Shown here: piece by piece, positions 33,761-46,987 of the stretch
Position numbering within the stretch: position 1 is the first letter of the stretch
Layout of the letters: each line of letters begins with the position of its first letter
Assembly: GCF_021028975.2 (NCBI RefSeq)
Contig: NC_059440.1
Span: 24,428,001-24,492,000, forward strand
Direction of reading: 5' to 3'
DNA from: Sphaerodactylus townsendi
Taxonomy: Eukaryota
DNA: 64,000 nt
Program-made: the position numbers and the translations under genes
Notes under the pieces: model-generated
The model's database searches: none
What the model saw: only the letters and a program-made list of their open reading frames with translations
Told to the model about the DNA's origin: nothing

Positions 33761-36700
33761 ATGATCCCTCCCGCCGTGACCACGCCTTCCAGCGATGTGA
33801 TCTTCCCTAGCCTTACTGCTCAGGAACTGTGGCGGCCCCAAGTGACAGGCTACGCCGGCTCCATCACCCGCCACATCAGCCACCGCGCCAACAACTTTAA
33901 ACGACACCCAAAAAGGCAGAAACATATCCGGCCGTCCCCTCCCCCTCCGCCGAATACCCCTTGCCCTATAGATCGAATCCACTTTGGGGAGCTCCACCCT
34001 CAGCGATCCTTTCTGGAACTGTTATTCAATGGGTTCATCCTTTTTGGGATCGAGTTCAGCTATGCCATGGAGACCGCCTATGTGACTCCAGTATTGCTGC
34101 AGATGGGTTTACCAGATCAGCTGTATGGGATGGTTTGGTTTATCAGCCCAATTCTAGGTAAGTTGTTCTGCGGTCTGACAAAAAGTTATTTGCCTGTAAG
34201 GACTATGAAAATCTGTGGGGCTCAAATGTATCACAGCCAACTTAGTATGGAAAAAAAAGCAGCTGGGTCAATATGAACCCATTGTCTCCTGATTCAGACT
34301 CCTGTGTTATCTACTCTGACTGTGGTTTTGGGCATAGAAGAGTTTTTCCCAACTTTTATTTCTGGACTGAAACTGAGGAATGAGCTTGGCAGCTTAACAC
34401 AAATCTTTCCCACTTCCCTGAATGTACTTCCTAATAAACATTTACCTTACACCCTTTTAAGCGGTGTGTTAGCTGCTTCTCTGTGTAGTAAACTCCAACC
34501 AGATGTGTTTCTCTCCGTGGCACGGTGTGGAGTGACTGTATGGTGGGCTATATGTTTTGCCCACCTGACAGAGATTTAGTTGGTATGGAGGAACATTTGT
34601 TGGTATGGAGGAACACCCCACCCCATATATAAAGTGTCTCAGCTCAGATGCAGGCTGGCCACCTGTCAGGTCTTCAGACTGAAGTCAATAAATGGACTCT
34701 GGATTCTTGATCAGAAGTCTTTATTGGACACAACTAGTACCTGGTTTTTTGCAAAGCCAGTTCTGCCAGGTTATGGAAATACAGCCAAATTTTTCCCTGA
34801 AGATTCCCACCCTCCCTGTTTCCCATGGAATGTGAAAACAACACAACCAGAGGTGGGATCCAGCAGGTTCTCACAGGTTCCTGAGAGTAGGTTACTAATT
34901 ATTTGTGTGTGCCGAGAGTGGGTTACTAATTGGTGATTTTGCCACGTGATTTTTGCCTTAGTTACGCCCCTCCTCTCAGCAGTAGCGTGCAGAACTTGAA
35001 GCAGTCTAGCAGGAGGTGCACCGGCGTGCGTGGCAGCCTGCGCCTGCGTGCATTCGTTTCCCGCCCAAGGACTGGCGCAGCGGCTGCATCCTTGCCACAG
35101 CCCCGCCCAGGAATGCCCTGCCCCCAGAATGCCCGGCCACGCCCCATTGGCGCTATGCCACATTTGAATCCCACCACCATGGGAACCTGTTACTAAAATT
35201 TTTGGATCCCACCACTGAACACAACTGAAAGAAAGATGTTTGGGAGTCGAGTATCTCAAGGACAGCGCAATGATAGTGTTCAGCCACCTGCCCCGCTGGG
35301 CCGGTACCAGGGTTGCTTCCAGTTTAGCTACAGTTACAAGCATCAAAGGAAATGAAAGAGCATGGAAACATATTAAAGGTGAAGACACTTCCCCCCTTCC
35401 CACAGACAGGTGTGAGCCCTTGCACCTCTCCACAGTCACTGATGTCAGGCCCTTTCCTGACACCTCCTTGCTGAGACTTAGACCTCCCTGTGCCAAATTG
35501 TTCCCAAAGCTCCCCAGCCAGACCAGGTTGAATGTTGCTGATGATTCCATGCTTTCTCTCCTCGCAGGATTCCTACTGCAACCCTTGCTGGGGGCGTGGA
35601 GTGACAGGTGCGGTTCCCCCTTTGGCAGAAGAAGGCCTTTCATTCTGGTTCTGGCTATTGGTAATGTTGTTTTTAACTTTCACTCTGCCGAGGCAGCTCG
35701 GCTTGGGCAGGCTGCCATAAAAACAGCACTGTCTGGGCTTTGCCAAATGCCATTTCTGCAGGTACTTGCACAGGTCCTTTATCCTTGTTGGCTACTGCCG
35801 GGCATCGTTTGGATCACGGGCAGCTTCAGCAGGATTCAAAATCTTCTTAGGATCAGATAGCAGGTTTTGGACAGGGAGAAAGAGTGATTTGCAAGAGGCC
35901 ATAACTTGAAGTCTCAAGCCAGAGCAGGGAGCAAATTGCTAGAGAGTAGAAAGTTACAAGTGCAAAGACATAAGTTCTAATGGAGGTAGTTAGTCTGCAT
36001 GGGGGTTGTACTGAATGTTCCTCTGTACAAAAACAGCATCACTGCACATAGAAAATTACCATTGTCAAGGATAAAAGCTAGGCTGAAGCCCTTCTCTTTG
36101 ACAGAGCAATTTTACATCTGTGGAGAATGATTTGTTTTAAAGGACGAGCATTCAATCAGCAAGGTGGTTAAGAGCAGCAGATTCTAATCTGGTGAACAGG
36201 GTCTGTTTAATTTTAGTCCAGTTTACTATCTCACCCTTTCCGGGGCACAGGTCAGACTCAGGGCAGCTAACAACAACATTGACATAACAATATCATATAC
36301 AATAATTCTGTAAAGCATTTAAACACACAACTTAAAAGCATAAATAACTTTCAGTAACACCAATAAAACATGATAAATCCAATTGCACCAGTGATATGTA
36401 ACTAAAATTCATTGTCAATTCAATTGGGTATTTATTACTCCATGAATTCAGCTCTCGCCTTTCAGTAATGGTCTAAATTGTAATAGTAAGAAAGAGGGGA
36501 GTGTTTCTCCACTCCTCAACATGAAGCCTGCCAAGTGACCTTGGGCCAGTCACAGTTCTCTCAGAACTCTCTCAGCCCCACCTTCCTCACAAGGTGTCTG
36601 TTGTGAAGAGAGGAAGGGAAGGAGTTTGTAAGCCACTTTGAGACTCCCTGTGGTTAAGAAAACTGGGATATAAATCCAAACACCTCCTCCTCCTTCAGGA

Positions 36701-39700
36701 CTGCTTCAGGCTAATCTTACATTTAATGTGGGGTTGGACTAGATGACCTGCATGGACCCTACCAGCTCTATGACTACTCTCTATTCTATGAGATGCCCTC
36801 ACATGTAGTTGGAAGAGGCACAGCCAGATGACCCCCTCCAAGAGAACTAGTAGGAAATACCAGGACCATGGATAGCTCCAAGGGGCTCAATGGGTTGCCG
36901 AGTTCAATTAAGCCTTTCTGATGGGTAGCCATGTTGGCCTACGATAGAACATCAAAATTCATGTCCAGCAGCACCTTAAAAAGACAACAGTTCCTTTTTG
37001 CAAGCAGCAGGTCATTACTGATTGGTTTTTAAGGTGATACTGGACATGAATCTTACTCTTCCATTGAGCCTTGTAGCCTGGTGCGCCCCCACGGATTACT
37101 CTAAGACCCTCCCCTCTATGGGAGTAAAAAAGGAGCTATTGCCTGATCTGGAGTCCTATATTCTTTCACCTCTCTCCTCCATGCTTTGTGAACTAGCCAA
37201 AGGTCACCCAGCAGGAATGTAGGAGTGCGCAAACACATCTGGTTCACTAGGTAAGCCTCTGTCAGGTGGAAGAGTGGGGAATCAAACCTGGTTCTCCAGA
37301 TTAGAATCCACCTGCTCTTAACCACTACACCACACTGGCTCTCTAGCTTGGGATACACCAACTGCCCCCTCCTGTTAGTCACACCCTGAGATTTGATCTA
37401 AGCATTCAGCAAAATGAGTCAAGAGAGTTTTGAAAGAGAAGAAAGGATTGCACCCCCTCAGACTACAGATGAGGGAATTACAATTTTTGAAAGATTCCGT
37501 GAGAGGGGGAGAAAACCCACCCTGCCAGTAGAAAACTAGCAAACCAGGGTGAAAGATTTTAGTACTTTTAACATCTGTTTAAAAATAATAATTGTAATCC
37601 TCAACAGAAATAGAAAAGATTCTAGTATCAAGCTCTCCATGCTGTGATAACGTTTCTGATTTAAAAGCAGCTGGGGTTAACTGGTATAAACATTAGGTTG
37701 TAGAATGGTTGTAGTATAGGTGATTGGTCATTGCTAGGGCAAATGCAGGATTGTCAATTTTTCCCATCTGGCCTGACTGGATTCCTTCCTTGCAGGAGCA
37801 TTGCTAGGACTCTCTTTTATGCTGAACGGCAGAGACATTGGAATCGCGTTGACTGACACTGCGAATAATCACAAATGGGGAATCACGTTCACCATCTGCG
37901 GAGTCATCCTAATGGATTTCTGCGCCGATTCTGCCGACAATCCCAGTCATGCGTACATGATGGATGTGTGTAGCCCATCAGATCAAGACCGAGGACTCAA
38001 TATCCATGCCTTGCTAGCTGGTAAGCCTCTGATATCTGTCTGCCTGTTTAGGCTGCTATCGTCTGAAGCAGGTCTCTGGAGAGGCACTGTCTGCCTGTCT
38101 GCCATTTTGATAGTGAAAATATTTATACTCTGCCTTACCTCCTCAAACCAACCACTCCTTTTCTGTCTTTGCCCTGATTATCTTTGTGCATTGCTCCAAG
38201 TTGCAGTTTCTAACCTGATTATCGCTTCATGTAAACTACCCCTCAGTTTTCCAGACATTTGTGCAGAGAGATTCCCAAGAACAAAACTCTTAGCCCAGGC
38301 TAGTTTAATCACAAAATGCTCAGACAGGGTTGCCAACTCCTGGTTGAGATATTCCTGGAGATTTGGGCAGGGGGGTCTTGGGAGACCAGGAATGGGGGGG
38401 GGGGAGATTTCAGCAGGGTATAATGGCATAGAGGCTGTCCTCCAAAGGAACCATTTTGCTTAGGGGAACTGGTCTCTATCTGCTGGAGATCAGTTGTAAA
38501 TCTAGAAGATTTCCACGCCCCGTGTGGATGTGGGCAACCAATCTCTTGCTTCCAGAGACTTTCCAGAATAGGGTCTATCCAGTTTATCTACAATTCAGCA
38601 CATATTTTCAGCCTGTATACCTCTTTTTCACAGCTGGAAAATCTTTAATTCCGGAGTTTTGCTTTGGTTATGGGGTAGGCATTGCTGGGTTTCTGAATTC
38701 TGGAAGCTGTAGTGTAACACTGTGTTCATGGCAAAGGAAGATTCAAACTGGAGACTTCCTGATGCACAACATTTCACATATTTATACTCCCATTTTCTCC
38801 CCAATAGAGTCCCAACCTGGCTTTTGACATCATTCTGTCCTTCTGAATTTTAACCTCAGCACAACAATCTTGCGAGGTAGGTTAGGCTGAGCGAAACAGC
38901 AACTGGGCTAGAGGTCATGCCCCTCCCCATTCTGCCATGGAAGCTCTCTGGATGACCTTGGACCAGTCTCTTTCTCTTGGCCTAGCTGACCTCACAAGGT
39001 TGTTGTTTTGAGAATAAAATGGAGGAGAGAAGAAAGATGCTGCAAGATGCTTTGAGTCCCCATCAGGGAGGAAACCTGGGTATAAATATCTAAAGAAGGG
39101 AAGAAACTCAATGTATCATTTACAGAATTGCAGGTTTCCCCCCATAACATTGTGCTCACTCTAGCTGCAAGTTCTTTCCTTGTTGAGCATAAAATAGCCC
39201 ACGATCAGACTCTCAACCTGTTTTACCTAATTTAGATTTATCTGGATCACAATTTTGTTTAATAGGGTGGTACCAACTGTGGGCAACGAAAGGGAAAAAG
39301 GCTTCAGTTGGTGCTACTGAGTGTGCCCTGCTGTAAGTGCCCTGCTCGGTTGCAAAATCTGACAAGCGGATGTTTTTATTGCTGTCCCAGCTCAGAAGGG
39401 GTTTGGATTACACTAGCCTGGCTAATTTGGGAGTTATTTTTCATCTCTCTTGCATCTGAGCACCAAGTCTAAAGTAAGACGGAAAAGCTCTGTTATAATC
39501 AGCATCTCCTGTTACTACATTCCCTCAAGCAGAAAATGCTCCTCCTTGCTCACAGAAAATCAGCAAGGAGGGCATAAGCTTCCCTCCGGCAGGCTACTTT
39601 TCTGCTAGCGAGGTCATCCCTTCCGATGCTTCCAAGGTGAAAATGATGGCGATTCAACTGCAATCCCCTCTTCTGAGATCGAGAATCTTTGAATCTACTC

Positions 39701-42700
39701 TGCTGCTTTATGTCCACTGAGGTTCCTTTAGACAATATTATTTCAATGCACTCCAGCAATGGTTCGCAACTGGATCCTCCTTTTACACAGGACAATCCGG
39801 TTGCAAGCAATTGCTAAGGTTCGTTATTCACTGTGTGTGTGAAAGGGACTTACCTAAAGGAGCTAGCCTCGCTGTTGTAACCATATATATCATAAGTACC
39901 ATCTCTTGTCTGGAAAAACTCACAGCAGGGGACTCCAAGCTAGGCCCCTCCAGATCAGTGTTTCCCAACCTTTTCGAGGTCAGGGTACCCTTGACCTCAT
40001 TCTTCATTTCTCATGGTACCCCTGCCACCACCCTCCACCTTCCCCTCCCATTGCCCCTGCTTGCCACACACCCCACCTTCCCCTCCCAGGGTGAAGGGAA
40101 GCACTGGGGTGGTGGTGGCTGCTGACCTTGTGGCAGGCCCTGCCCCATGGGCCAGCTCCATGTCCTTGCTGCTGTTGGTGGGAGACACCACAAAAATGAG
40201 GGGGGGGCAGTAGTGTTGCCGCGGTATCCCCGGGACATGCTCACAGCACCCCAGGGTACCACGGAACCCTGGTTGAGAATGGCTGCTCCAGATGTTCACG
40301 GACTACAATTCCCATCAACTCTGCCAACATGCCATGCTGGCAAGGGCTGATGGGAATCATAGTCCATGAACATCTAAAGGGCCATATCTTGGAGACCCCT
40401 ACCCTAGGTCAACTGTGACTTAATGGCATTTTCCACCACTACCATCCACAGAATCACATGATTACAGACGGGGACTCTAGAATAGTCAACTAGTTGAGAG
40501 GATCATCTCAACTCTGTTCTCCCTTTCCCTCCCAAGGTCTTGGAGGTGGCTTTGGCTATGTTGTCGGAGGCATTAACTGGGACAGGACCGGCTTTGGAAG
40601 AGCAGCGGGGGGCCAGCTTCGCGTCATCTACATTTTCACCTCCATCACGTTGACGATTGCCACCGTCTTGACTCTGGTCAGCATTCCCGAGAGGCCCTTG
40701 CAGTCTTTCGGCAAGAAGAAGAAGGTCATGAAGAGCCCCAGCCTGCCGCTTCCTCCGTCTCCGCCTCTCCTTTTCGAGGACTGTGCCAGCGAGAACCTCG
40801 ACTCGCAGAACTCCATTCATTTATACGGCAGCTTCACCAGCCCCATTTCTCCCCTCAGTCCCCTCACGCCAAAATATGGCAGCTTCATCAGCAGGGACAA
40901 TTCCTTGACAGGCCTCAGTGACTTTGCCTCCTCGTTCGGGACCTCTAATATTGACAGCGTGCTGATCGATTGCTTCACGGCGGGACACGATGGCTACTTG
41001 GCTATCCCTTCCAGCTTGCCCAGGCAAACCTTAAGCATGAGTTTCCCCCGGGCTCCAGAGGGATTTTATTGTCACGAAATCACATCTTTGGACCCAGGGG
41101 AGAATGCCGGGACTCCAGGGCCCGATGGAGAAGGTCTGAGGGTGGGTTCCTTAGATGCCATCAAACCACGATCGTCAGGGATTCTGAAAAGACCCCAGAC
41201 TTTGGCTATCCCTGATATCATCACAGGCAACATTCCTGAGAGCAGCAGGAAACGGAACGTCACCTTCAGCCAACAGGTGAGTAGGGGGGTGGGTGGGGGA
41301 AAGAAGGGCTGGTGTTTGTTTGAGGGAAGGTGGAGTGATGCAGCCCAATCTTGTCAGATCTCAGAAGAAGAGTTTGGATTTATACCCCACCTTTCTCTCC
41401 TGTAAGGAGACTCAAAGTGGCTTACAAGCTCCTTTCCCTTCCTCTCCCCTCAACAGACACCTTGTGAGGTAGGTGGGGCTGAGGGAGTTCTGAGAGAACT
41501 GTGACTAGCCCAAGGTCACCTAGCAGGAATGTAGGAGTGCGCAAACAGATCTGGTTCACCAGATAAGCCTCTGCCACTCAGGTGGAGGAGTGGGGAATCA
41601 AACCCGGTTCTCCAAATTAGAATCTACCTGCTCTTAACCACTACACCACGCTGGCTAAGATGGGTCCGTAGTTGGATGGGAGACCACCAGGAAAGGGTCT
41701 GGAAAGGAAGGCCATGGCTAAGCACCTTAGCTTTTCCCTTGCCGGGGTCATCATAGGTCAGTTGCAACTTGACAACATACATGTTTATTCAAATTTTTTA
41801 AAATTCTGCTTCTTTCCAAGAACTAATGCAACTGTTTGCTGAAGCTCTCCAGCATGGTGTAGTGGTTAAGAACAGGTGCACTCTAATCTGGAGAACAGGG
41901 TTTGATTCCCCGCTCTGCCGCTTGAGCTGTGGAGGCTTATCTGGTGAACCAGATTAGCTTGTGCACTCCAACACATGCCAGCTGGGTGACCTTGGGCTAG
42001 TCACAGTTCTTCAGCCCCATCCACCTCACAGGATGTTTGCTGTGGGGGGTGGAGAGAGGAATGCGATTGTCAGCCCCTTTGAGTCTCCTTACAGGAGAGA
42101 AAGGGGGGATATAAATCCAAACTCTTTTTCTTCTGTCTAACCTAGTGCCTCATATAAGCAACGCTGCATTACCTTGATTGATTATTTATTTATGATAGGC
42201 ACAAGGAGCCTTAAGGAAGAGGCACTCCAGACGTGGGAGCTTGAAGAGCCCCTAGTTCAACGGCTTTCAAAAGGATTAGGGAAATTCCAGGAGACAGATA
42301 AATGCATTAAAAGCCACCACAGGTTACACTTGTTCATTGTGAAGTAGCTGGTTTTGGACACAGAAAATTGGATGGGGTGAGCCTTTGATCTGACCGAGAA
42401 CAATAGTTATTACTATGTTCTTATGAAAGCTTGCAAAAAGTCACGGTGGATAAATTTGTAGGCAGCCATGATGGTTAAACATGGAACTTCCAGGTTCTGA
42501 GGCAGTGTACCTCTGAATACTATTCTAAGAACAGTCAGTCTTCATGCCTGAGCTTTCTGGAAGTCTCCGAGTGGGCACCGTTAGACATGGAACGCTGGTA
42601 GGAACCAGCCAGGCACTGTGTGCGTTTTTCTTCCTGCATTACGTCTCTCCATCCGGTTGCCCACTCCCAACGTGGAAGGAGCAGCCCGGCTACCGTGTTT

Positions 42701-45440
42701 AATGTGCGGGGACTTAGTTGTCAATCAAAGCGGAATGCCATATTCAGTGTCGTTTGTTGGGTGGGGTTGCTGCGTTTTCCGCTGATTTTGCAACGCTGCT
42801 TGCGGCCCAGGTAGCAAACATTTTGCTGAACGGGGTGAAGTATGAGAGCGATCTGAACGGGTCGAGCGAACTTTGTGAGCAGCCACTGTCCATGAAGCTC
42901 CTGTGCGCCACCATCTGCCACATGCCCAAGGCCCTGCGCAATCTCTGCATCAACCACTTCCTAGGTAAGCCAAAGTGAGATGCTCTTCCACGGTGGCTGA
43001 GGATGCTGCATTTCATAGTGGGGGCTCCCTTGCCAGAGAACTCAGGATGGCCCGTGTAAGGGTCACCACCTCCAGGTTGGGAAAGTAGACGGAGAGACGG
43101 AGACTAGCCCAAGGCCATGCAGCAAACTCCCACAGCAAAGTGAGGATTCAAACCTAGGATCTGGTACAACATACTGTTCCCAGTGATGTTCTCTTTGTTT
43201 CTTCTCCATCTTCTGGTTTCTCCTCCAGGCTGGCTCTCATTTGAAGGGATGCTCCTCTTCTACACAGACTTCATGGGGGAAGTGGTCTTTCAAGGGGACC
43301 CCAAAGCGCCCCACAATTCTGAAGAGTATCAGAAGTACAACGCAGGCGTGACCATGGGGTGCTGGGGAATGTGCATCTATGCATTCAGCGCGGCCTTCTA
43401 TTCTGGTATGGAACCTCTCACGCACTTTGTCCTGGTCAGAGAGGGTGTCTGCCCCCATCCTAAGAAGACTTGGCGGGCACCAGAGAAGGTGGCGCCCATG
43501 AGCATCACACTGGGCCAGCATGGTGCAGTGGTTAAGAGCAGGTGCACTCTAATCTGGAGAAACGGGTTTGATTCCCTGCTCTGCTACTTGAGCTGTGGAG
43601 GCGTATCAGTTGAACCAGATTAGCTTGTGCATTCCAACACCTGCCAGCTGGGTGACCTTGGGCTAGTCACAGTTCTTCGGCGCTCTCTCAGCCCCACCTA
43701 CCTCACAGGGTGTTTGTTGTTGGGGGTGGGGGGAAGGAGATTGTCAACCCCTTTGAGTCTCCTCACAGGAGAGAAAGGGGGGATATAAATCCAAACTCTT
43801 CTTCTTCTTGGGCCCCCTGAACTGCGCTGTTTCCATTTTCTCTACTGATCTGATTCCCATGGTTTGTTTGTGTTTTTGCAGCCTCACTGGAGAAACTGGA
43901 AGAATATTTCAGTGTCCGCACACTCTATTTTATAGCATATCTGGCCTTTGGACTGGGCACCGGCCTAGCTACGCTGTCCAGAAATATCTATGTGATTTTA
44001 TCGCTATGCATAACTTACGGCATTTTGTTTTCTACGCTCTGCACGCTTCCATACTCTCTGCTGTGCGACTATTACCAGAGTAAAAAGGTAAGTCTTCCAA
44101 TGGACAGCCTGCAGATTCTTTTATACCTAGGGCAGGAGGTTCTGCCTAGTGGGTAGATTTTGCAATTGTGCAGAAAAGTGGACATTAAAAAAAAACTGGG
44201 ATAGGACAATCCTCCTAGCAGCCTAATAATGACCGAACATCCTCTAAGTAGGATATGACAAGGTCACTGTGTGGAGAAGATGGCAAAATGATACCCCCGC
44301 ACTAGATTTTATACCATCTCTGGCACTGCCCTGTATCACATCCGTTTTTGGCATTGCCTGTCCCCTCCCGGCTTTAGGGTCGGACGTTATTGATTAATAA
44401 TGATTAATATGGATTTTATGATAATGCTGCCATTGTGTTTTTAAGAGATTTTAATCTCTAGCAGAACTAGCAGAGGGGAGGACAGGAATAGGAGACATCG
44501 CTTAATAGAAAAAGAGGTGGAAGTGTGGGGATTGGGTTAGTTAAGCTAAATGAATTTATAATATCTCAGAGAGGGAAAATTGAGTGATGGGAAATTTTGC
44601 GGTCACTTATCTCTTACTCACCCCTCTCCAGTTATTCTTTGCTGGTATCCAATTTGTCATAGTTAAATGGAACCTGCACATTCAGTAACGTTGCCAGCTC
44701 TGGGGTAGGAAATACCTGGAGATTCCAGGGTGAACCCTATGGAAGGCAAGGTTTGGAGATGCCAGGTACCTCCGTGGGGTATAATGGAGGTATACTCTCA
44801 TCTAAGAAGAAGAAGAAGAAGAAGAAGAAGAGTTTGGATTTATACCTCCCCTTTTTCTCCTGTAAGGAGATTCAAGGTGGCTCACAAGCTCCTTTCCCTT
44901 CCTCTCCCCGCAACAGACGCCTTGTGAAGCAGGTGAGGCTGAGAGAGTGCCTAGAGAACTGTAACTAATCCAAGGTCACCCAGCAGGAATGTAGGAGTGT
45001 GGAAACACATCTGGTTCACCAGATAAACCTCTGCCACTCAGGTGGAGGAGTACGGAATCAACCCTGGTTCTCCAGGTTAGAATCCACCTGCTCTTAACCA
45101 CTACACCACGCTGGCTAAGCAAATCATCCTTCTCACACGTTCCTTCCACCCTGTCTTCCCTCTCTCTGAACAGTTTACAGAATCCAGCGAGGACGGCACA
45201 AAAAGAGGGATGGGAGTGGACATCTCCCTGTTGAGCTGCCAATATTTCCTTGCGCAGATCCTCGTCTCCATCGTAATGGGACCCTTGACATCGCTGGTGG
45301 GCAGTGCAAATGGGGTGATGTACTTTGCCAGCTTGGTCTCCTTCGTCGGCTGCTTGTATTCGTCCCTCTGCGTCGTCTACGAGATCTTCCCGGGCGAGGA
45401 CCTGGTTGAAGAGCAGCAGCCGCTGTTGCTCAGCGCATGA
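33761..45440 (+). CDS. SLC45A1: Proton-associated sugar transporter A, SLC45A1 (752 aa)
   Basis: Exons 33761-34157, 35568-35660, 37796-38020, 40537-41276, 42811-42964, 43229-43405, 43882-44087, 45174-45440; 2259 nt in frame. Motifs [78 protein letters not shown] at 45545-45550. Confidence 0.97.
34848..35217 (-). mobile_element. Non-autonomous hAT element, same family as 21398-21788
   Basis: Reverse-complement copy; perfect 8-bp TSD AACACAAC. Confidence 0.9.
39956..40285. mobile_element. hAT element nested inside a palindromic MITE (39926-40401)
   Basis: TIRs CAGTGTTTCCCAACC / GGTTGAGAATGGCTG; perfect TSD CTCCAGAT. Confidence 0.85.
41365..41655 (-). mobile_element. tRNA-derived CORE SINE inserted into a 5S-derived SINE
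   Basis: Full-length copy; 5S-like sequence flanks it at about 41341-41364 and from 41656. Confidence 0.85.
41848..42133 (+). mobile_element. tRNA-derived CORE SINE
   Basis: Full-length copy. Confidence 0.85.
43515..43808 (+). mobile_element. tRNA-derived CORE SINE
   Basis: Full-length copy. Confidence 0.85.
44804..45115 (-). mobile_element. tRNA-derived CORE SINE
   Basis: Full-length copy with (GAA)n tail on the plus strand. Confidence 0.85.
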
Positions 45441-46387
45441 TGAGGGGTTGAGGAGACACCCCGTGTCACAAGCCATGTTGTTTGCCACCAGAGTGCCGAA
45501 TCAGGAAGGACAGAGGAAGCACGATTAGTCGAACTGGGAAATCGAATAAAAATCACACACGATAGCTTTGCCGTTTTTTAACTGAAGGAGGAACGTTGGG
45601 ATTTTTACCCTGAAAATAACAAGAGGGCTCAAAGGCACGCACAGCAAAATGTCCTTTGGTTTGTGCACTGCTATTAAACCAAGGAACACCCAGAGTCTCT
45701 TTATCTTTCCAAAACTAATAGGCTTCCTTCGTTGTAAGGGACTCCATTTCAAATTGGAGAGGATATAGTTTCCTAGTCTAGCAGACTGGGATGGATATAG
45801 ATGCAGGACCCATGTTCTGCCCTCCCAATTCCAAGATGGAGAAGAAGGTTAAAAAAACACAGTCACAATAGGTTATAGGCCCAGCACGCTTCAAAATTAA
45901 ATAGAGAGGGATTCTGGGGAATGTTGCGCCACCTCCCAATAAGTAGCTGGCTGTCTTGTTAAAACAGCTCTGCAGCTTGCAACCATGCAGCCAAAGGAGA
46001 TCCCAGGAGATGATTTAGGGACCCACCAGAACCGAGTAGTGTTTTGAGAAGCATTAAGACAATCAGCTGTACTTCATGCAGCTCTTCGCAGCTCTGTTTC
46101 TGCCTAGAGAGCAGATTGCTCCCACTCTTAACTGACTAGTTAAAAATAAAAAGAAGAAGACTGTATCTCAGAAACAAACAAAACAAGGGATATGTTTTCT
46201 GCATTTGTAACACATGCTTCAGGAACCGGTAATCTTGATTAAACAGGGGTGGGGGGAGATGAATGGTAAAATGGTGTATTAGAGATTAGTTCACAGCACA
46301 GCCACCACAGTTTCTCTCTATTATGTACAAGGCAGGTAGACACTGGCTTGTTATAGTTCATTGTAGCCACAGCTAAGGGACAAGGTG

Positions 46388-46679
46388 GAAGAAGAAGAAG
46401 AGTTTGGATTTATATCCCACATTACTGTCATGTAAGGAGACTCAAGGTGGCTTACAAGCTCCTTTCCCTTCCTTTCCCGACAACAGACACCTTGTGACAT
46501 AGGTGGGGCTGAGATAGTTCGGAGAGAACTGTGACTAGCCCAAGGTCCCCCAGCAGGAATGTAGGAGTGCGGAAACACATCTGGTTCACCAGATAAGCCT
46601 CTGTCACTCAGGTGGAGGAGTGGGGAATCAAACCCGGTTCTCCAGATTAGAATCCACCTGCTCTTCACCACTACACCAC
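46388..46679 (-). mobile_element. tRNA-derived CORE SINE
   Basis: Full-length copy between SLC45A1 and MRPS16. Confidence 0.85.
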
Positions 46680-46987
46680 AAAAGTCCTTCTCAACTCATA
46701 CACAGACACCCACAGCCACACTAACAACAATCTTGCAAAGCAGGCACAACCTTATTCATCTAGAGGCCTAAGGAGTATATCCAACATGCAGCATAACATT
46801 CTAGTCCTCTCCCTTCTTAAAAGTTTGACACACCCTCAGCGTCCAGAAGAACAGCAAAGGAGGTTCATGAATGGTGCACAGAAAGAAGTTTTAATTAATC
46901 TTGGGAATTCAAGTTGCTTCTATGCACTTGCTGGTCATGAGAAAAAGTCCTTGAAGGAATCAACACAGTCTGTTCTCCAGTTGGCCT

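Noticed and set aside
34771-35643. 290-aa minus-strand ORF and similar ORFs at 21297-21865
   Set aside because: They run through the GC-rich non-autonomous hAT element and antisense to real exons; no transposase motifs.
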